21,560 nucleotides of DNA, taken from assembly GCA_045106895.1 (NCBI GenBank), contig JBGCFM010000138.1:1-21560 (forward strand), read 5' to 3'. The translations under genes and the position numbers were made by a program. The DNA is from Polyangiales bacterium (GTDB lineage Bacteria; Myxococcota_A; Polyangia; Polyangiales; Houyiibacteriaceae). Positions 17,272-21,560 of the stretch are shown here, piece after piece. Within the stretch, counting starts at the first letter, position 1. Each line of letters starts with the position of its first letter. A model generated the notes under the pieces. That model was given only the letters and a program-made list of their open reading frames with translations, was not told the origin of the DNA and searched no databases.

Positions 17272-18110
17272 ACGCCTTCGTCTTCACCGTCGGTCACGAT
17301 CACATACACGATGGTGTCCGCGCGCCGCTCTTCGCTGAAGGACATCCACGCGCTCATCACGGATTCAAGAGGCATATCGTCCGGTGCGAGCACCGCCAAG
17401 ATCTGCTTGTCCCATTCGAACTCTTCCGTGACGTTCGCAGAGCTCTCCAAGATGTCGTCGAGCTTATCGCCGATGACCTCCTGCGCGCGCGCCACCGTGT
17501 AGTCCGCCCCCAATGGGAACATAAACGCGCGCACCACGCTCACGCCAATGCGCTGTCCGCCCATCATCTCCACAAGGAAGTCCGTCTTCTTGCTGCCCAT
17601 CGGCTCGTACTCGATCTCGTTCTCCGTTGCGATGAGATCCGCGCCTTCGCAGCGAACGAGGACTTCCAGCGCGAAGGCCTCGGAGATCTGACTCGACCCG
17701 CCGGCGTTGGGACTTTCGAGCAAACGCACCGCGTCCTCCGTGAGCATCGGGCGCTCTTCAGGGTCGTCATACGCGTCGTCCATGAAGTCGAGGCGTGTGC
17801 TGTAGAAGCTAGGCTCTGCGCTCGCTAGCTCCCCGGCGAGTCGCGCGCAGGGTCCTGCGATGGCCCCAAAACCCATTTCCGAGGGCGCGTCGGGCTCTCC
17901 CGCGTCGTCGCCACCGCCGCCGGAATCCATCGCACCCGCATCCCCCGGCCCAGAATCCGCCGCGCCGGAATCCACCGCCCCGGCGTCCCCTGGCCCGGAA
18001 TCGGCGCTCGCATCGAGGGTTGGGACATCTCCACCCGCGTCGCGTCCCGCGTCCGAAGTCGCATCGTCACCACAGCCGAGCACGGCGAGAATCAAAATGA
18101 ATCGAAGCAT
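17256..18110 (-). CDS. Lipoprotein with D/A/G stalk and C-terminal AAC4-like, putative restriction-endonuclease-fold domain
   Basis: MLRFILILAVLG-C lipobox; repetitive stalk; globular domain PNAGGSSQISEAFALEVL..TENEIEY..KKTDF..IGVSVVRA..WDKQIL. A TATATT -10 box 7 nt upstream supports ATG 18110. The CDS is well supported; the domain assignment is from memory. Confidence 0.75.
   Translation of the reverse strand: MLRFILILAVLGCGDDATSDAGRDAGGDVPTLDASADSGPGDAGAVDSGAADSGPGDAGAMDSGGGGDDAGEPDAPSEMGFGAIAGPCARLAGELASAEPSFYSTRLDFMDDAYDDPEERPMLTEDAVRLLESPNAGGSSQISEAFALEVLVRCEGADLIATENEIEYEPMGSKKTDFLVEMMGGQRIGVSVVRAFMFPLGADYTVARAQEVIGDKLDDILESSANVTEEFEWDKQILAVLAPDDMPLESVMSAWMSFSEERRADTIVYVIVTDGEDEGVYINR
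17919..18008. repeat. Two imperfect tandem copies of a 45-bp unit within the lipoprotein stalk
   Basis: Units start at 17919 and 17964 (gccggaatcca...); on the minus strand they encode about ADSGPGDAGA(V/M)DSG twice. Confidence 0.8.
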
Positions 18111-18117
18111 GCTCGAC

Positions 18118-18150
18118 AATATACGCGTCATCGCCTGAGGTGGGTATGAT
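18118..18150. promoter_or_regulatory. Back-to-back -10 boxes for two divergent, probably leaderless genes
   Basis: Minus-strand TATATT (18118-18123) is 7 nt from ATG 18110; plus-strand TATGAT (18145-18150) is 6 nt from GTG 18157. Confidence 0.55.
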
Positions 18151-18156
18151 GGATTC

Positions 18157-18663
18157 GTGCCTGAGTCTTCTTCGACCCCCAACCTCCCGGACAAAACCCG
18201 TGTCCGCGACGCCGCCCTTGCCCTCCTCGAAACGGAGCACAAGAAGCTCCGCCGGCTTGCCGAAGAAACACGTTCAGGCGCGACGCACGTGGAGGCCAAG
18301 GCCGAGAACGATAAAGACACGCGCGGACTCGAGATGTCTTACTTGGCCCGCGGTCAGGCCATGCGTGTCGAAGAGATCGACGAGACCATCAAGCGGCTGC
18401 GTTTCGTCAACCTCCGCCCGGTTGGGGATGAACCCATCGACCTCGGCGCCATGGTCCGAGTCCTCGTCGATGACGAACCCCGCTGCTTCTTTGTCGTCCC
18501 CGCCGGCGGCGGAACCAAGGTTGAGGTCGACGGCATCGCAGTCGCGCTCCTCTCGCCCGCTTCCCCCGTCGGACGCGCCCTCATCGAGAAACACGAGGGC
18601 GACGACTTCGAGCTGCGGGTCGGCGGCAAGGTACGACTCCACGAAATCGACCGGGTCTGGTAG
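18157..18663 (+). CDS. GreA/GreB family elongation-factor-like protein
   Basis: N-terminal coiled coil ATHVEAKAENDKDTRGLEMSYLARGQ; C-terminal IDLGAMVRV and LSPASPVGRALIEKHEGD. Confidence 0.85.
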   Translation: MPESSSTPNLPDKTRVRDAALALLETEHKKLRRLAEETRSGATHVEAKAENDKDTRGLEMSYLARGQAMRVEEIDETIKRLRFVNLRPVGDEPIDLGAMVRVLVDDEPRCFFVVPAGGGTKVEVDGIAVALLSPASPVGRALIEKHEGDDFELRVGGKVRLHEIDRVW

Positions 18664-18668
18664 CGCGC

Positions 18669-18690
18669 AAAAAGCGACGAACCGCGTCGC
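18669..18690. terminator. Short hairpin, possible terminator
   Basis: GCGACG-aaccg-CGTCGC stem (18674-18690) preceded by AAAAA, which reads as a U-tract on the minus strand. The stem is short and the orientation ambiguous. Confidence 0.3.
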
Positions 18691-18712
18691 AGTGCTCTAG
18701 AATCGTCCCACG

Positions 18713-19900
18713 ATGAGCACGGAGACCGAGACCCCCGACAAGCCAGCCGACGAGAGCTACGAATACGGAGACCGCGAGACGGGGGATATGTCCGCGCGAG
18801 AGTTCCGCGTGGGAGAAGGCCGCATCAGCAGCTACATCGCGGCGACCTTCGGCCTTCTGAGCCTCCTCGGCGTTCTGTGTTTCCGCTTCCCCGAGCAGCT
18901 CACCACGCCGGACCTACGAGAGGTCTACAACGTCGAGTACATCCGTTTGCTGCTCAAGTTCGGCATGTGGAGCACCGTCGTTCTTGGCCTGCTTTGCATC
19001 GTTCGTGCAAAAAGACGCGCCCTAGCGATGGTGGGTCTCGTTTCCGTCGCCCTCGCCTGGGTCCTCGGCGGCTACGGAATCGAAGCGCGCAGTGTTCAGC
19101 CAAGCCCGGTCTTCGCCGGCGTCGACTGGATGGTCCTCGACCTCTTCGGCTCGGCGCTGCTCTTTATCCTCATCGAGAAGATCCTCCCGAAGTACCCCGA
19201 CCAAGTCATCCTCCGTCCGGAGTGGCGAATGGACTTGCTCTACTTCGTCTTCAACCACCTGCTCGTTGGCCTCTTCCTCCTCATCGGCAACGGCTTCGCC
19301 CCCCTCGCCTTCGACTGGGCGACGAACGCCTCGTTCCAAGCGTGGATGCAGTCCCAAGCACTCCCCATACAGGTGCTCATCTTGGTGCTCGCCGCCGATT
19401 TCGTGCAGTACTGGGTGCACCGCGCATTCCACGAGGTCCCATTCTTGTGGAAGTTCCACGCCGTTCATCACTGCACCGAGCACATGGATTGGCTCGCGGG
19501 ATCACGCACGCATATGTTTCAGACCATCGCTGACCGCTCGCTGGTGATGGTGCCACTCTACCTTTTGGGTCCGAGCCTGGATGCGCTCAACTTCTACGTG
19601 GCCATCGCCGCATTCCAAGCCGTCTTCGTCCACGCGAACTTCGGGCTTCGTTTTGGGCCATTGCGCTATCTCGTCGTGACCCCACAGTTTCACCATTGGC
19701 ATCACAGCAAGGACGACCCCGCGCTGGATACCAACTACGCAGTTCACACACCTATCTACGATCTTCTCTTTCGCTCTTTTCACCTGCCCAAAGACTTCTG
19801 GCCCAAGGAATACGGAACGGTTTCTCCTCTCCCGAAGACCTTCTTGGGACAGTTCGCCTATCCGTTCCGCTCCAAGAAAGCCGCTCCTCCCGGCGATTGA
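18713..19900 (+). CDS. Sterol desaturase / fatty acid hydroxylase family membrane protein
   Basis: His boxes HRAFH, HAVHH, FVHAN and HHWHH; multiple hydrophobic segments; TAGAAT (18698-18703) lies 9 nt upstream of the ATG. Confidence 0.92.
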   Translation: MSTETETPDKPADESYEYGDRETGDMSAREFRVGEGRISSYIAATFGLLSLLGVLCFRFPEQLTTPDLREVYNVEYIRLLLKFGMWSTVVLGLLCIVRAKRRALAMVGLVSVALAWVLGGYGIEARSVQPSPVFAGVDWMVLDLFGSALLFILIEKILPKYPDQVILRPEWRMDLLYFVFNHLLVGLFLLIGNGFAPLAFDWATNASFQAWMQSQALPIQVLILVLAADFVQYWVHRAFHEVPFLWKFHAVHHCTEHMDWLAGSRTHMFQTIADRSLVMVPLYLLGPSLDALNFYVAIAAFQAVFVHANFGLRFGPLRYLVVTPQFHHWHHSKDDPALDTNYAVHTPIYDLLFRSFHLPKDFWPKEYGTVSPLPKTFLGQFAYPFRSKKAAPPGD

Positions 19901-19946
19901 ATCTTCCCCGTCTCTGGACGTCTCGCGTCTACCCACCGGAGTTACT

Positions 19947-20435
19947 GTGAAACAAGCTTGCCTCGTCCTACTCGCCGCTTTCGTCCTGAGCCCTGGCTTT
20001 GCGTCAGAAGTCGGAGCTCAACCTGCGCGCGTCGCTCAACGAGTGCTGGGACCCGGTGCCTACGTCTACCAAACCCGTCTCGATACCGCGACGTGCGAAG
20101 ACGACAGCAACTCAGGGTTTACGAGCAGCTTCTTCGCAGCCATTGACGGCGTCCCCGGCGCCGCAGACATGCGCATGTCTTTGGTCAACTCCGACTACTG
20201 GCCACGCTGGACGTTAGTCGTGCGCCCCGACGGAACAGTCGTTGGGGACGCGACCATTCGTGGCCAAGAAGGCCCAAACGCGGCGCGCTCTCACTTCGAG
20301 GTTCAGCGCCGCGGTGACCATCTCCGAGGCCGAGGCTACCGAGAATACAATCGCACCATCGACGGCCAGCGACGACGCTGTCGCAATGACTTCGACGTCC
20401 TGATCAGACGCCTCGACCTCAGCACGGGTGGCTGA
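19947..20435 (+). CDS. Hypothetical secreted beta-rich protein
   Basis: GGAG SD; Sec-type signal; alternating beta-strand patterns; two Cys in the mature part. Fills the gap between neighbouring genes. Confidence 0.72.
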   Translation: MKQACLVLLAAFVLSPGFASEVGAQPARVAQRVLGPGAYVYQTRLDTATCEDDSNSGFTSSFFAAIDGVPGAADMRMSLVNSDYWPRWTLVVRPDGTVVGDATIRGQEGPNAARSHFEVQRRGDHLRGRGYREYNRTIDGQRRRCRNDFDVLIRRLDLSTGG

Positions 20436-20457
20436 ACAGCGGGTGCCTAAACAGCGC

Positions 20458-21351
20458 CTAGCGAAACACCGAGATGGCGTCGTGGTACTCGCGCACAACG
20501 TCTTCGACGATGGCGCCGATGCTCTTCACCTCGCCAACAAGACTCACACCTTGCCCGGCGGACCAGATGTCCTTCCAGCGTTTCGCAGCGTCGGGACCCC
20601 GCGTCGGCTCCGTCTCGCTGGGAATCGTCTGCTTCAGGAAGTTCGCGTGAATGCCTGAAACCTTGTTGGTGTAGACGACGTCCGTGTGACTGCTTGACAC
20701 CACCAAGTCCTTGTACTCGCCCGAAGCGCCGCACTCTTCCGAGGCGATGAAACGCGTGCCCATGTATGCGAGCTGCGCGCCAAGAGCCAACGCCGCTGCG
20801 ACCTGCGCGCCACCGCCGATGCAGCCCGCGGCGATCACAGGGACCGTCAGCTCGCGCTTCAACCAAGGCACGAAGACGTAGGGGTTCACGGTTCCGGCGT
20901 GGCCTCCGGCGCCCTGGCTCACCGCGATAATCGCGTCGGCACCGGCCGACTGAGCCTTGATTGCGTGTGGCAAGTTGATCACGTCGTGGAACACCGTGAC
21001 CCCATGCGGGTGGACCGCCCGGACGATCTCCGTTGGGTTCCCGTAACTCGTGACCATCACCGGAACCTCGTACTTGAGGCAGAGCTGAACGTCCGCCATC
21101 AAACGCTCCGGGTCCGTCAGTCCGATGGTCAGGTTGATCGCGAAGGGTTTGTCCGTCTTTTCACGAATCCATTTCAGGTCGCTCTCAAAGGCTTCGTAGG
21201 TTCGCGCGTTGAGGCTTGGCATCGAACCAAGAATTCCAGCTTCCGCACACGCCACGATCATCTCTTTGTTCGAAATGATGAACATTGGCGCCGAGACGAG
21301 GGGGTAACGAAGGCCAAGTTTCTTCGAGAGAGGAGTCGAGAATTCCGTCAT
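20458..21351 (-). CDS. Nitronate monooxygenase / FabK-like FMN-dependent oxidoreductase
   Basis: LGLRYPLVSAPM, KPFAINL, GAGGHAG, VPVIAAGCI, AYMGTRFIASEE, IWSAGQGV. True start is ATG 21351; the ORF-track extension to 21549 runs through non-coding and opposite-strand sequence. Confidence 0.92.
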   Translation of the reverse strand: MTEFSTPLSKKLGLRYPLVSAPMFIISNKEMIVACAEAGILGSMPSLNARTYEAFESDLKWIREKTDKPFAINLTIGLTDPERLMADVQLCLKYEVPVMVTSYGNPTEIVRAVHPHGVTVFHDVINLPHAIKAQSAGADAIIAVSQGAGGHAGTVNPYVFVPWLKRELTVPVIAAGCIGGGAQVAAALALGAQLAYMGTRFIASEECGASGEYKDLVVSSSHTDVVYTNKVSGIHANFLKQTIPSETEPTRGPDAAKRWKDIWSAGQGVSLVGEVKSIGAIVEDVVREYHDAISVFR

Positions 21352-21471
21352 GCGGGCAGCGTCGTCGAAAGCCCCCGGCCTCGTCAACGGGTCTTGGCAC
21401 TTCGCCGAAAAGAAGGTACCGCTGACGCAGGGCAATACAAAAAAAGACGGCCAATCGCGCCGAGAAAGACC

Positions 21472-21488
21472 AAAAAAAAAAAAAAAAA
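21472..21488 (+). repeat. A17 homopolymer
   Basis: 17 consecutive A, anomalous in this high-GC DNA; a further A7 lies at 21439-21445. Confidence 0.9.
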
Positions 21489-21560
21489 TCGAAGAGATCG
21501 AAGGTATCGGCCCCGTACTTGGCGCGAAGCTTCGCGACGCTGGAGCCACGACCGTCGAGA
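21488..21560 (+). CDS. N-terminal fragment of a helix-hairpin-helix (DUF4332-like) protein, 3'-truncated, start codon not visible
   Basis: Translates IEEIEGIGPVLGAKLRDAGATTVE, an HhH GIG motif typical of DUF4332 N-termini. It is absent from the supplied ORF track. Confidence 0.7.
   Translation, partial: MEEIEGIGPVLGAKLRDAGATTVE

Noticed and set aside
18111..18320. Upstream extension of ORF 17256..18320
   Set aside because: It overlaps the GreA-like gene on the opposite strand; the lipoprotein signal and -10 box point to ATG 18110.
21352..21549. N-terminal extension of the nitronate monooxygenase containing FFFFF
   Set aside because: It is translated from the poly-A tract and the antisense of the HhH gene; family similarity starts at 21351.
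1..21560. CRISPR arrays, tRNA/rRNA, IS elements, reverse transcriptase or DGR-type repeats
   Set aside because: None was seen by eye, and the intergenic gaps are short. The only tandem repeat found is within a coding region. A weak ncRNA cannot be excluded without a covariance search.

Overview
A high-GC, gene-dense bacterial chromosomal segment. Its gene content (DUF1592/DUF1552 pair, lipoproteins with Asp-Ala-Gly-rich stalks, A2M-pbpC) suggests Myxococcota, possibly Polyangiales-like; this is inference. In order it carries: a 5'-truncated alpha-2-macroglobulin lacking the CxEQ thioester, coupled to pbpC; a lipoprotein SAM methyltransferase; two unknown lipoproteins (one behind an ECF-type promoter, one hemopexin-like); a DUF1592-type/DUF1552 operon with a sigma54-type promoter; an alpha/beta hydrolase-osmC-araC module; an orphan alpha-class N6-adenine DNA methyltransferase overlapping tail-to-tail with a lipoprotein carrying an AAC4-like, putative restriction-endonuclease-fold domain; a GreA/B-like factor; a sterol desaturase family protein; a secreted beta-rich protein; a nitronate monooxygenase; and the start of an HhH (DUF4332-like) gene whose expected start codon is replaced by a 17-A run. 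I saw no rRNA, tRNA, CRISPR or transposase. The best candidate for a new system is the methyltransferase plus exported nuclease-fold lipoprotein pair, but it is unproven. All family assignments come from motif recognition by eye, not from database searches.
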